Source of the DNA: Promethearchaeia archaeon
GTDB taxonomy: Archaea; Asgardarchaeota; Lokiarchaeia; Sigyniarchaeales; SOKP01
DNA: 64,000 nt
NCBI GenBank assembly: GCA_046483985.1
Contig: JAWOCD010000017.1
Coordinates: forward strand, 32,001-96,000
Direction of reading: 5' to 3'
The translations under genes were made by a program, and so were the position numbers. Under the pieces are notes generated by a model that did not search any database, had not been told where the DNA came from, and saw nothing but the letters and a program-made list of their open reading frames with translations. Shown here in pieces: positions 20,488 through 30,778 of the stretch (positions are counted from its first letter, which is position 1; each line of letters starts with the position of its first letter).

Positions 20488-21291
20488 ATGAAGGATGAAA
20501 TAGTTATATTGGGATCGGGGGGCGGACGACACCACATCAGGACACAATATCGTGCCACAGGGGGATTTCTCTATAAATTTAATGGGATTCAAGCACATAT
20601 TGATCCTGGTCCTGGTGCAATTGTTCGTATCAATCAATTTAAGGAAGACCCCACAGAAACCAAATTGTTTATCGTTACCCATGTACATTTGGACCATTTT
20701 AACGATATTGGTGCCATTATTGAGTCCTCTCGGGAACAACTACATGACAAGAACCACCATTATTATAAGATCGGAACTCTCATCACGGCTCCTGATGTAC
20801 TGCCTTTAATCTCAGAGTATCATAAAAACATGATAGATAACATCGTACCTTTCAAACCAAGACAAAAATATCTTCATAATGGAATACAAATAGTGGGGAC
20901 TAAAATAAAACATGCCGATGTGCAAGGATTCGGCGTCATATTCAATTTAGCCGAGTATTCTCTTGGTTATACCAGTGATAGTACTGTATTTAGAGGATTT
21001 GCAGAGCAGTTTAACGGCGTTGATATTCTTATCTTGAATTTGTTACGGCCAGACTCCGTTACTTGCCCCCGACATCTCTGTACTGACCAAGTCATTCCGT
21101 ATTTAAATCGAATCCACCCCTCCCTCAAGGGATTAATCATAACTCATTTTGGCACCTATATGGATGGACCATTCAGTAAAAAAAATAATGTGCCCACTCA
21201 AGTTAGAAAATTAAAAGAAAAAACGGAGATACCTCATATTATTGCAGCTTATGACGGACTAAAAATTTCCCTTCAAGACCTCCTCGACTAG
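20488..21291 (+). CDS. metallo-beta-lactamase-fold hydrolase (archaeal type)
   Basis: LGSGGGR, HIDPGPGA, THVHLDH, YTSDS, ITHFG. Confidence 0.88.
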   Translation: MKDEIVILGSGGGRHHIRTQYRATGGFLYKFNGIQAHIDPGPGAIVRINQFKEDPTETKLFIVTHVHLDHFNDIGAIIESSREQLHDKNHHYYKIGTLITAPDVLPLISEYHKNMIDNIVPFKPRQKYLHNGIQIVGTKIKHADVQGFGVIFNLAEYSLGYTSDSTVFRGFAEQFNGVDILILNLLRPDSVTCPRHLCTDQVIPYLNRIHPSLKGLIITHFGTYMDGPFSKKNNVPTQVRKLKEKTEIPHIIAAYDGLKISLQDLLD

Positions 21292-21454
21292 TTAATTTTC
21301 TCACAATTTGATAATCAAATCATAATTTACTGAGGAATTTATCAATCCATTTTAGAACAGAAAGAAATGGTGTGATCAGTAATTAAAAACTGTCACAGAA
21401 AAAGAATAGAGAATAAAAAAATAAAAAAATATTGGAATTAAAATATTCGCATAT

Positions 21455-22543
21455 TTAGGCGAGATCTATATCATCAGAGAGATAAACATCTTGGACGGCG
21501 TGAATTATTTTTATACCTTCTTCCATTGGTCGTTGGAATGCCTTTCGACCCATAATAAGGCCCCAACCACCAGCTCGCTTATTGATAATCGCAGATTTAA
21601 CGGCTGCTTGCATATCATTCTCTCCAGACGGCCCACCAGAATTAATCAAACCGACTCGTCCCATGTAGCAGTTGGCTACTTGGAAGCGGTTCCATTCCAG
21701 CAATTTCGCACCTTCAGATAACCCTTCCGTCGGTGCCAATTCGTTGTAAATCAGTGGGCTGGTTCTACCGAAATCTAATTTCTGAAATCCTCGAGATTTC
21801 TTAGAAATCTTTTGCTTGATGATATCTGCTTCAATGGTTGCTCCAATATGGTCTGCTTGGGCACACATATCATTTGAATCGTGATAATCCACTCCATCCT
21901 CCACGAATTCAGCGGGATTTCTTAGATAAGCCCATAATACCGTAACTAAACCCAATTCATGTGCATATTCAAACGCTTCACTTATTTCCAAAATCTGACG
22001 GCGGGATTCAGGCGAGCCAAAATAGATGGTAGCTCCAACTGCGGCGGCCCCCATTTCGTATGCTTGATCAACGCTGGCAAATAAGGTCTGGTCGTAAAAA
22101 TTAGGTTTCGAGAGCAGCTCATTATGATTGATTTTCAAAATAAATGGAATTTTCCGGGAATATCTACGAGAGAGAGTTCCTAATACCCCAAGCGTTGACG
22201 CGACTCCGCTACAGCCACCCTTGATAGCTAATTCAATAATCTTCTCAGGGTCAAAATAAATCGGATTGGGCGCAAAGTCTGCTCCGGCTGCATGCTCTAT
22301 TCCGTGATCTACTGGTAAAATTGAGAGATATCCTGTATTTGCCAATCGACCCGATTGGAATAAGCGTTCCATATTATTTAGAACTCTATTATTCCTGTCA
22401 GATTGCTCTACTACCCGTTCTATAAAATCTGGTCCTGGAGGATATAAGTTATCTTTTGAAATTCCTTGACAAGTGTGATTTAGAAAGTCATCTGCTTCGT
22501 CTCCGAGGATCTCACGAATTTCATTGATTGATAATTGACTCAT
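21455..22543 (-). CDS. fbaB: class I fructose-bisphosphate aldolase (DhnA/FbaB, long bacterial type)
   Basis: [18 protein letters not shown] Schiff-base Lys, [17 protein letters not shown]. Confidence 0.93.
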   Translation of the reverse strand: MSQLSINEIREILGDEADDFLNHTCQGISKDNLYPPGPDFIERVVEQSDRNNRVLNNMERLFQSGRLANTGYLSILPVDHGIEHAAGADFAPNPIYFDPEKIIELAIKGGCSGVASTLGVLGTLSRRYSRKIPFILKINHNELLSKPNFYDQTLFASVDQAYEMGAAAVGATIYFGSPESRRQILEISEAFEYAHELGLVTVLWAYLRNPAEFVEDGVDYHDSNDMCAQADHIGATIEADIIKQKISKKSRGFQKLDFGRTSPLIYNELAPTEGLSEGAKLLEWNRFQVANCYMGRVGLINSGGPSGENDMQAAVKSAIINKRAGGWGLIMGRKAFQRPMEEGIKIIHAVQDVYLSDDIDLA

Positions 22544-22695
22544 TTTATTTCTTCCTCTTTTGTTGGTTTTACAATTATATGTAATAATTATCTATTGCTA
22601 TAATAAAATTATTACATAAGAAAGAATGTTTGAAATCATTAAAAATTTAATGCTTAAAAATCTTAAATGTAATGTCGAATAAACTAAGAATATTT

Positions 22696-23109
22696 TCAAG
22701 GCGTTTTCCTTTTTATTTCGGTGATCGTATCAAAATCCGCATCAAGGGAATAAATTATATGAACTTGATTTTCCAAGGCACATGCAACATGGATTAAATC
22801 ACGCGGTCTCAAATTATATTTCGATAGAAGTTTTTGCGCGCGATTTATAGTCGAATGTGAAATTTTTTTAAAGGAGAGATTCGGAAAAACCAAAAATTCT
22901 TTTCCCTTTTGTTCCGCGGCGGCTTTTCCCAATGTCTTCTTAAGTATCCATATAACTTCGTCCCATGTGAGAGTCGATGTAATTGCTTTAATCTTCTTTT
23001 GTATAATATCTTCTAAAAATATTGCGCATTTTTTTGCCGCTTCGATCTCCTCAAGAGAGTATAAGAGGGGATTCAAGAAAATATTGGAATCAATGTAGAC
23101 GGTATCCAT
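22696..23109 (-). CDS. vapC: VapC-type PIN-domain toxin
   Basis: YIDSNIF, TWDEV, PRDLIHVA, SLDADFD. Confidence 0.9.
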   Translation of the reverse strand: MDTVYIDSNIFLNPLLYSLEEIEAAKKCAIFLEDIIQKKIKAITSTLTWDEVIWILKKTLGKAAAEQKGKEFLVFPNLSFKKISHSTINRAQKLLSKYNLRPRDLIHVACALENQVHIIYSLDADFDTITEIKRKTP

Positions 23110-23112
23110 GAG

Positions 23113-23352
23113 TTATCCTCGTTTATATTGTTTATCAAGGATTTGTTTGAAACTAACGGGCTTCTTTAGTTTTTTTGGGGTCTTAAGAAATTCATCTAAA
23201 AATTCCTTATCTTTTTTCGCAGGTCGAAGGATAATCTCATCTTGACGGACCTCAAAAATAATTTCACTTCCCGCATTAATCTTAAAATAATCCCTAATGT
23301 CCTTCGGAATCACGATTTGACCCCTTGATCCGACTTTTCGTTTAATTATCAT
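23113..23352 (-). CDS. AbrB/MazE-type antitoxin
   Basis: KVGSRGQIVIPKDIR..GSEIIF..IILRP; 3 nt upstream of the PIN gene. Confidence 0.9.
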   Translation of the reverse strand: MIIKRKVGSRGQIVIPKDIRDYFKINAGSEIIFEVRQDEIILRPAKKDKEFLDEFLKTPKKLKKPVSFKQILDKQYKRG

Positions 23353-23642
23353 GTTTAAATAGAATAAGAATTCCTATTTATATTTATTCCAAATAAAAGA
23401 TCTGAATTTTTCATAATCAGTATTTCGCGTCACTGGGATCTTCTATCTTTAAGTCATATAAGACTCACATTTAACAAGAAATTTGCAATTTCAATAAGAT
23501 ATAAAGATAAATTTTTTATGTGATCATACAACGAACAGCCCACTTTATCTTATCGTTTTTTATAGTCTTAGGTTTTATTAATAATTAAGTAAACATGAAG
23601 GGATTTAGAAAAAGTACCGCAAAACATTGGATTTCGCCCTCT

Positions 23643-23665
23643 GCTTCACGCCTTTGGTGTGGAGC
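23643..23665. repeat. GC-rich hairpin resembling an IS200/IS605 subterminal palindrome
   Basis: gcttcacgcc-ttt-ggtgtggagc, 10-bp stem with two G-T pairs. Confidence 0.5.
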
Positions 23666-23872
23666 TTACTCTCCCTTTTTATATATTTAAGCGGGTTTTT
23701 CTTTATCCCTTTGTACTCTTTCTCTTTCTAAATGACCCTTGAATTTATAATGACACAGTAAATCTTTGCTCTCAAGATAAAGGTTTCTATTTCCTAAATC
23801 CTAGGAATAAAGCTGGTTCTCCAAATATAAAATGAAATAAATACAGAAAAAAATAAAAAAAAATCTAAGGAT

Positions 23873-24715
23873 CTATTTTTTCCACCAGAATTTACATGTG
23901 GGGCAGTAGTGGTGTGTTCCGTCATAGAGAATGCCACCAGAAGCGCATTTAGGGCATTTTTTTTCCACTTTCTGTATCTTCGATTCTAACTTGCTTTTTA
24001 ATCCAACTAATTTTTCTTTCCTTGCCTCAAGCTCTTTTTTTTCGCTTCTGTCAAAGAATCCGAGCGAATCGATTTCTTCCTCGAGTGATTCAATTTCCTT
24101 TTCGATATTTTCAACTTTTTCAATGGCACTTTCTTTTTTAGGCTTGCTCGCTTTGATGGGCTTTTCCTCTTCTTTTGCTTTCGGAGGTTCCTCCTTTTGT
24201 TCAGGTTTTTTCTTTTGGGGTTCTGGTTCGGTAACCTCTTTTGTTTTACCTTCCTTTGTGACTTTCTTTTCTAATTTCTTCTCCTCCTTCTCTTCTTCGG
24301 GAGGAGCGGCTTCGGGTGCCTCTGCTTTCTTTTCTACCTTGAGTTTCTTTTCACGCTGGTGTGTTTCCTTTTCCCTCTCCTTTGAGACTTTATATGCATC
24401 TTTACCCATCTCAGTGAGCCCGAATGAAGTATATTGGGTAAGCGTTTCTAACCGTTCTTCCGATATATCGTTTTTGCTGAGATTTTCTTCAAATTCTTTA
24501 ATTTCCTTCTTTGATGACTTATAGGGACTGAATTTATCAACCAAACCCATATCTATGAGCATATTAATTAATTTCCGTGGGTATACGCCTCTATCGACCT
24601 CCTCCACATAGAACCGCTTACTTTCATGGAAGTCGTCGATTATCTTTCGTCCGCTTTCTAGAAAACCCAATACATCAAATTGGTTTTCATCATCATTTTC
24701 GTCTAAATAGGGCAT
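23873..24715 (-). CDS. hypothetical protein: WH-like N-terminus, E/K/P-rich linker, coiled coil, C-terminal Zn ribbon
   Basis: LIDMGLV..FGLTEMG; CPKC..CPTC. Confidence 0.65.
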   Translation of the reverse strand: MPYLDENDDENQFDVLGFLESGRKIIDDFHESKRFYVEEVDRGVYPRKLINMLIDMGLVDKFSPYKSSKKEIKEFEENLSKNDISEERLETLTQYTSFGLTEMGKDAYKVSKEREKETHQREKKLKVEKKAEAPEAAPPEEEKEEKKLEKKVTKEGKTKEVTEPEPQKKKPEQKEEPPKAKEEEKPIKASKPKKESAIEKVENIEKEIESLEEEIDSLGFFDRSEKKELEARKEKLVGLKSKLESKIQKVEKKCPKCASGGILYDGTHHYCPTCKFWWKK

Positions 24716-24891
24716 ACTATATTATTTAAATAGCTTTTTAAATTAAAAAGTTTTCTTTCGCAGATCGTTAAAAGACGAGAAAACAAGGAAAATAAAGAGA
24801 GAAAGCCAACATTCCCGACGAAAAGACTAAATCCTACTAATTTAGGGAAAAATATCATTAGATGGTCATTCCCTTATTAATTTCAGAAATT

Positions 24892-26295
24892 CTAGACTTT
24901 TTCCAGTATACCCTTTGCCGCAATGATACCCGTCACTGCAGCACCCACGATTCCCCGGGAAAGTCCCGCCCCATCCCCCGCAAAAAAGATATCTTCGATC
25001 TGCTTTGCCTCGAGAAATTCGTTAGTCTCTACACGTTTTGCACTACGTTTAAATTCTGGGGCATAAATAAGAGTACTATCATTATTTACCCCAGGGATGA
25101 CCTTATCAAGTACCGCTAATCCTTCTAAAATATCGCATACAAATCTGTATGGATATGCCATAGCAATATCTCCTGGAGTGTTTTCCTTCAAAGTGGGTTG
25201 AACGGGATTTCGGTCAATTAATGATGTCCGCGACCTATGACCGCTCCGTAAATCACCAAGAGTCTGCAGGAGGGGTTTATATCCTCCCAATATGGATGTT
25301 TGCTTAGAAATCGAACGCCCATACTCGGTGGTATCCTCTAAGGGACTTGTAAGTTTTTGGCGGATTAAGAATGCAAAATTAGAATTGTCCGAATTTCCTT
25401 CCACGGTTAGTTGATGCCCGTTTACCCCCACAATATTTTTATCATAATGTTCTCTGACCACAGAGCCTTTATGGTTCACGCAGAAAGTTCTAACAAAATC
25501 GTTGTAAGTGGGAGTGATTATATGGAATTTAGGGTCCCGCTGAATGTCTTCGCAGATATCTTCCATGATAATGGCGGGAACCTCTACTCGTACTCCGATA
25601 TCTAATGGCATATACTGAGTCTCAATTCCCACCCGTTCACATTCTTCTGCCAACCAGACCATCCCCCATCGACCGGGCGCAACTAAAAGGTAATCAAACG
25701 ATTTTTCCTTACCGCTTTCTAAAACTACTTTTTTCTGCTCATTAAAACTCATGACCATAGTATTGGGAATAATATTAATATTGTGGTGGGAAGTTAAATA
25801 ATCTCTGATATTAATTAACACTTTTGGGGTGTTCTTCGATCCTAATACGCGTTGCTTGATTGGGATAAATTTAATATCCGCGGCTGCGCATTTTTTCCTT
25901 AATGCTCTTAACTTTTCCTTATTCTGATATGGATCAAAGTATTGCTCAGGGGCGCCATTCTTGACAAAAAAATCATCAATACTTGCAATAAGCTCTTCGG
26001 CATTTAATCCAACCCGTTCACATAAGTCTTCAATATCTCCGCCGATTTTTTTGTTCAAATTCAAGATTCCCGAAGAATAACAACCTGCTCCACCGACTCC
26101 GCTCATAATGCGGCAAGGGTCACATTTTTTGCATTCGATCTCTAATTCTTGATGGGGGCACATACGATTTTCAATATCGGGGCCCGCATCAAACATAGTA
26201 ATTTCAAGATCGTCATGGTTCGATTTTCCCAATTCGTTAGCTGCAAAAATTCCCGCACTGCCCGCACCGATGATACCGATTTTTATTTTACTCAT
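24892..26295 (-). CDS. FAD-dependent oxidoreductase (COG2509-like)
   Basis: IIGAGSAG, GVGGAGCYS, DIGVRVE, RTFC, VNGH, AGDGAGLSRG. Confidence 0.88.
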   Translation of the reverse strand: MSKIKIGIIGAGSAGIFAANELGKSNHDDLEITMFDAGPDIENRMCPHQELEIECKKCDPCRIMSGVGGAGCYSSGILNLNKKIGGDIEDLCERVGLNAEELIASIDDFFVKNGAPEQYFDPYQNKEKLRALRKKCAAADIKFIPIKQRVLGSKNTPKVLINIRDYLTSHHNINIIPNTMVMSFNEQKKVVLESGKEKSFDYLLVAPGRWGMVWLAEECERVGIETQYMPLDIGVRVEVPAIIMEDICEDIQRDPKFHIITPTYNDFVRTFCVNHKGSVVREHYDKNIVGVNGHQLTVEGNSDNSNFAFLIRQKLTSPLEDTTEYGRSISKQTSILGGYKPLLQTLGDLRSGHRSRTSLIDRNPVQPTLKENTPGDIAMAYPYRFVCDILEGLAVLDKVIPGVNNDSTLIYAPEFKRSAKRVETNEFLEAKQIEDIFFAGDGAGLSRGIVGAAVTGIIAAKGILEKV

Positions 26296-26482
26296 TTCAA
26301 TTCTAATTAATTTGCATAGTAAAATATATTTTTGGCTTAAAAAAATAAGATTCCCTATCTTGGTTTAAAATGAATAAGAATTGGAAAACAACCAAAAAGC
26401 AGCCCTTAATCATTCTTCTAAACAGAAAAACTTTCTCTAAAAAGAGCAAAAACGTAAATTTAACGATTTCAATATTTCCCTT

Positions 26483-27445
26483 CTATTGAACTGAAATATA
26501 CGTTTCATCCATTATATTCTCGCTGGTATCGACTTTCTCCACCAAACCTTGTGCTATAAATTCTTGAAGATGATGATAGATCATCCCACCATCCCATAAT
26601 AAATAGAGATCTTTAATCAGTGGATTAACGCGGTTTTCAGAGCGAAGTACCCACCTATAGGTCAGATCTCTAATCGATTTGGGCTCGCTTGGAGAGAGGG
26701 CAGCAAGTATTTTTTCTCCATTTTTGTTGATTTTGGTCCGTATCCTATCAAAAAAATCTTGTTCTTTTTCCAGATAAACCTTCCCGTGGGCAGGATTGAG
26801 AATATACGTATCAGCATGATAAATTTGTTCCAATTTATCAATAGAGTTACGATATTCTGGCAGATTGCTATTAAAGTCTCCATAATAGGGATGACTTCCG
26901 ATATCGCTAACATAAAAGACATTCGCGTCCGAGGAATTCTTTGCTTTAATGGCAAATGCCGTGTGTCCCGGGGAATGACCTGGAATGTGAAGTGCCTCAA
27001 TAGTATAATTGGATAACTCGACTATGTGCTGTGAAGGATTAAATGTGCTCACCTTTTTACACGGTTTAAATTTCATATAATCCTCAGCTAGGGATTTATA
27101 AGACTCAGTCAGCCCTAATTCGCTAAAACCCACTCTGTCCATTATATTTTTTAGGGAGGTGAGGTAACCTTTTTCTTGCTCAGGACAGAGAATCGTCCCG
27201 TCATAGTTTTCTTGTATGTAATATGCATGGGCAGTATGGTCCAGATGACAATGAGAAAAATAGCATACAGGATTAGGCAGGGCAGAATATAACTCATCGA
27301 TATTTGATAACGGGTAATTTCCATCAATTAGAAGATCAAGGTTTTTAGCATCATCTTGAATTAGTAAGCTGTTTAACTTATTCGTACGGTCAGACTTTTC
27401 TCGCACTAATGTAATTTCCTTAGAATATGACTTCCGCTCGAACAT
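26483..27445 (-). CDS. MBL-fold metallo-hydrolase with C-terminal WH
   Basis: SHCHLDH, PGHSPGH, SD, PAHG. Confidence 0.88.
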   Translation of the reverse strand: MFERKSYSKEITLVREKSDRTNKLNSLLIQDDAKNLDLLIDGNYPLSNIDELYSALPNPVCYFSHCHLDHTAHAYYIQENYDGTILCPEQEKGYLTSLKNIMDRVGFSELGLTESYKSLAEDYMKFKPCKKVSTFNPSQHIVELSNYTIEALHIPGHSPGHTAFAIKAKNSSDANVFYVSDIGSHPYYGDFNSNLPEYRNSIDKLEQIYHADTYILNPAHGKVYLEKEQDFFDRIRTKINKNGEKILAALSPSEPKSIRDLTYRWVLRSENRVNPLIKDLYLLWDGGMIYHHLQEFIAQGLVEKVDTSENIMDETYISVQ

Positions 27446-27657
27446 CGATTCTCTCTTCGTTTTTTTCCTTTTCCTTAAGATAGGTAGGTTTTTATAAGAT
27501 AGTATAGCGCAGTTTAAATTTTTTCATGTACTGAATGCAAGTTTAAAGAAGATCGTACAATAGAAACGAGGATTATTTGTTATCGTTAAAATATGCATAA
27601 TTTTTGAACATAGAAAGAGGTTGTACCATCAAGTTTTGTCCAATGGTGATGAGGCTA

Positions 27658-27849
27658 CTAATCTTTTTTCTTCCAGTTTCTACAAATAATGCATTGCCAT
27701 ATCTGGATGTACTTTTGACCAGAATCCGAGGAGGCAGATTTATCAACTATGGTTCTTTTGGCCATAGTTCCACCACACTTGGGGCAAAAAACCATATCTT
27801 CAGTTGTCTGTGAATTTTGAGTAGCCATTTTTTTTTCTCCTGAAACCAT
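27658..27849 (-). CDS. small Zn-ribbon protein (TFS/TFIIS-C-like spacing)
   Basis: CPKCG-x~24-WQCIICRNW. Confidence 0.65.
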   Translation of the reverse strand: MVSGEKKMATQNSQTTEDMVFCPKCGGTMAKRTIVDKSASSDSGQKYIQIWQCIICRNWKKKD

Positions 27850-28160
27850 TTTCCTATAAAAGTAAGGGTTTATCGCACCTATAAAAGACGATAATATCTA
27901 TATTAATACCTTAACAAATTTATAAAACCCTTTTATAAATATATATTTAATATATCATTTCTTTTATTTAAATGTTTGTTTAAGCAAAGGAAAATATTCC
28001 GACAAATCCAAATATTAAAAAGATTATTCACTTTGAGATAAGTTTGAAAGATCTGCTAATTTTGTCTAATATGATTTGAACCAAATATTACACTAACTCT
28101 TAAGTTGGGGAAACTTGGACTACTTATCAAATTCTCTAAATATTAATTATTTAACCATTA

Positions 28161-28186
28161 TCTTCCTCTAGGAGGGGAGGCTTCAA
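28161..28186 (+). mobile_element. degenerate IS200/IS605 right-end-like remnant
   Basis: tcttcctctaggaggggaggcttcaa: GC-rich hairpin remnant ending in TTCAA. Confidence 0.3.
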
Positions 28187-28243
28187 TCAAAAATTATTAA
28201 AATACATTAGGAATAATGTCTTATATTTATATGTGGTATTAAA

Positions 28244-28474
28244 GTGAACAAAAAGAAACCAAAATGCGTGGTCTGCGGAATGGAATTAGAATATAAGAGT
28301 TCCAATAAGCAGCTAAAATGTTCAAAATGCAATGCCTCGTATGACCCCGAGATTTTCGAAGTAGAAGAAGAAGGGAATAAGAAGAAAATTCAATTTAAAA
28401 GAATAAAGATAGTGGGCGCGGTGTTAGCTGCATTTTATCTGTTGTTCATACTGAGCAGACTAATTTTGTATTAA
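28244..28474 (+). CDS. small Zn-finger protein with C-terminal TM (tail-anchored)
   Basis: CVVC..CSKC; hydrophobic C-terminal helix. Confidence 0.65.
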   Translation: MNKKKPKCVVCGMELEYKSSNKQLKCSKCNASYDPEIFEVEEEGNKKKIQFKRIKIVGAVLAAFYLLFILSRLILY

Positions 28475-28586
28475 TGTTTATCCATATTTTTTCCTCTGAT
28501 TTTCTCTCCAGCAATACAATAATAAAACTAATAAACTTTAAAATCAAAATTAATACAAGTTTACAGAATAATACTTAATAAGAATA

Positions 28587-29462
28587 GTGAAGAAGATGCC
28601 GATTAGTGAAGATTTGATAATAATCGAGTCAAAAGCTTATGTGAATATGCTTTTACATGTGTTACGCTTCGGCTCCGATGAACTTGATAAGAAATTATGG
28701 AGAGAGGTAATGGGGGTTTGTGTGGGGGAAATTGATGAGAAAAACGACCAAGTGGTTATCCACGATGCTATTCCTATAACTCACGGAAAAAAGGTGGAAG
28801 TGGAATATTCTGAAAATGACTATGCACGCGTTGAAATGCTTCAAGAGGAGTTTCCCGAGGGACAGTTTATTGTTGGCTGGTATCATTCTCACCCCGGGAT
28901 GGGGCCGTTTCTTTCGGAAGTGGATAAGGTCAATCAAATCTATTGGCAAAATGTGAATGCAAAAGCAGTGGCATTAGTCTTTGATCACACATTGCTTTCA
29001 GATGAGGGGCACGATGGATTGGAGATTTTTCGTCTTACAGACGTGGAAAAAGGAAATAAGAGTGATTTCCATGGCGTTGATTACAAAGTCAAGCCCCCAG
29101 AAGATAAGTCAATTTATCGGAAATTCGTTGAGATAGCAAATAACGTCCATAGAGAAGATCCCATTATGATGGAGGAAGGCGAGGTGGTAGATATGTTTGA
29201 AAAGATGAGCATTGGCACGGCAAAAAAGCCTGAAGAAGATGATCTTAAATCATATGTAATCAATAACACCACGATGATGCTCCAAACTATCAGGGATTTA
29301 AAAAATTCCATGACCACCGGAGTTACCCGATTGCAGAATTGGTTTGAAAAGGGGCTGCGGGAAGGAATAAAGGATCCCCTCAACGACTTAGAATACGAGT
29401 TCTGGCAATTAAAGAAACAGATTAAGAAACAGACTGGAATCGAAGACGATGAAGATTCTTAA
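28587..29462 (+). CDS. JAMM/MPN+ metalloprotease, Rpn11/CSN5-like, with helical C-terminal extension
   Basis: REVMGVCVG; IVGWYHSHPGMGPFLSEVD (E..HxH-x7-S-x2-D); AVALVFD. Confidence 0.92.
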   Translation: MKKMPISEDLIIIESKAYVNMLLHVLRFGSDELDKKLWREVMGVCVGEIDEKNDQVVIHDAIPITHGKKVEVEYSENDYARVEMLQEEFPEGQFIVGWYHSHPGMGPFLSEVDKVNQIYWQNVNAKAVALVFDHTLLSDEGHDGLEIFRLTDVEKGNKSDFHGVDYKVKPPEDKSIYRKFVEIANNVHREDPIMMEEGEVVDMFEKMSIGTAKKPEEDDLKSYVINNTTMMLQTIRDLKNSMTTGVTRLQNWFEKGLREGIKDPLNDLEYEFWQLKKQIKKQTGIEDDEDS

Positions 29463-29737
29463 TTTTCTTTTTCTCTTTTAATTTTACCATCCTTCTAATG
29501 CTCTTATTTAGATTTGAACTATCACGTCATAAATTTCAATGAGCATAACGAAATGTACAAACTCTTTCGTTTTTAATGAAATCATTAGTTGAAAGTTGGT
29601 AAAAAGACTCAAGTATCGCTACGGGGGAAGCCTAAATTATTACTTTTAAAGTTTACGCAAAACTTTAAATATATTGCTTGAACTTTAAATATCGAGGGGG
29701 AAAGAGCCCTATTTTGTCACTATTTCAAATACATATA

Positions 29738-29745
29738 TTTATATA
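29738..29745 (+). promoter_or_regulatory. TATA box of the putative ncRNA
   Basis: TTTATATA ending 24 nt before the first base of the closing stem at 29770. Confidence 0.45.
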
Positions 29746-29769
29746 TCACCATAAGTTTTAAGATAATAC

Positions 29770-29880
29770 AATTGGAATGAGAAAATTGTTTACGAAAAAG
29801 TGCACTAGAAAGGTTCTATACCTTTAGAGTGCCGTTATAGCTGAGCTATAACTAGTAAACGAAAAAACTCGATTCCAATT
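29770..29880 (+). ncRNA. candidate structured ncRNA (~110 nt, three-way junction), family unknown
   Basis: five nested helices in an ORF-free gap, upstream TATA box, downstream T-tract at 29889-29899. Confidence 0.5.
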
Positions 29881-29971
29881 TATAAAACTTTTTTCTTTTC
29901 ACATCATTAGTGGTTCAATCGATTTAATCAATTTAAATTTTGAAAAACTTGATGGGGTTAAATCTTTTCAT

Positions 29972-30616
29972 TTACTTTTTCTTTAATCCTTTGCAGATCT
30001 TCAATAACCCTTCAAAACCCTCTAATGTCCATTTTCCATCAATACGTCGATATGGAAACTTTTGGCATGCAATAGGCTTTATGGGATGAAGAACACAGAG
30101 GGAATCTTCCAGAAATATACAATCTCCCGTGGGATCTGTTTGAGCAATATACGATAAGCCCAAGTCCATCGCGTGTAGCGTGGTTTGAAAATCTTTCGGA
30201 ACGAATTTAGGCCATGACCACTTATACGGTCTCGGAAATAGATAGATATCTCCCAAAGCTTTGTGTTTGCGATGTTTACCTTCCCCCATATATTCATGAT
30301 GGTTGAAAAGAAAATCGTAAATTTTTTCTGTCTTCGGGATATCAATTAGTTTCGCACATTTTTCAGGATTGTTTCTCACGTATGCCATAAAATCTTCGTC
30401 CCATTCCGATTTCCATGAAGAATTATTCAAGCCAATAATGGAAATCTTTCTCGGATCGACTTGAAGGTTCTTATATACACCAGTTCTACTTTCTTGTTTC
30501 CAAACAAGTAAATCTTCTTTAAAAATAGGAACGTACCACCCTTGACGACAACAATTGCCGCATTGCACGCACTTGAACTTGTACTCCGAATGCTTTGATT
30601 TTTTCATAACTTCCAA
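29972..30616 (-). CDS. YkgJ-family CxxCxxCC protein
   Basis: CVQCGNCC..CIFL..CVLHPIKPIACQKFP. Confidence 0.85.
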   Translation of the reverse strand: MEVMKKSKHSEYKFKCVQCGNCCRQGWYVPIFKEDLLVWKQESRTGVYKNLQVDPRKISIIGLNNSSWKSEWDEDFMAYVRNNPEKCAKLIDIPKTEKIYDFLFNHHEYMGEGKHRKHKALGDIYLFPRPYKWSWPKFVPKDFQTTLHAMDLGLSYIAQTDPTGDCIFLEDSLCVLHPIKPIACQKFPYRRIDGKWTLEGFEGLLKICKGLKKK

Positions 30617-30778
30617 AGTCTAAATTTTCTTAGAATCTTTCCAGGTAAAATAGTATTAAAATTCATTTATTTTTTTCTGTGGCAAATTCTGCTTGAATTT
30701 CGCGAAGAATTATTAGGATTTAATTCGTGATAAAAGAATTATGCAAGTTCATGTGCATTATCTGAAATTTAAAGGGAT

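Noticed and set aside
9522-23352. TA modules as evidence of a provirus or defence island
   Set aside because: No integrase, capsid, replication or other defence genes; the surroundings are metabolic and housekeeping genes
23931-24524. 197-aa plus-strand ORF
   Set aside because: Phe/Ser-rich antisense shadow of the Glu/Lys-rich gene 23873..24715
29770-29880. SECIS element or tRNA (AUGA..GA core; TAGCTCAGCT on the minus strand)
   Set aside because: No flanking gene has an in-frame UGA, the helix geometry is branched rather than SECIS-like, and there is no cloverleaf or T-arm
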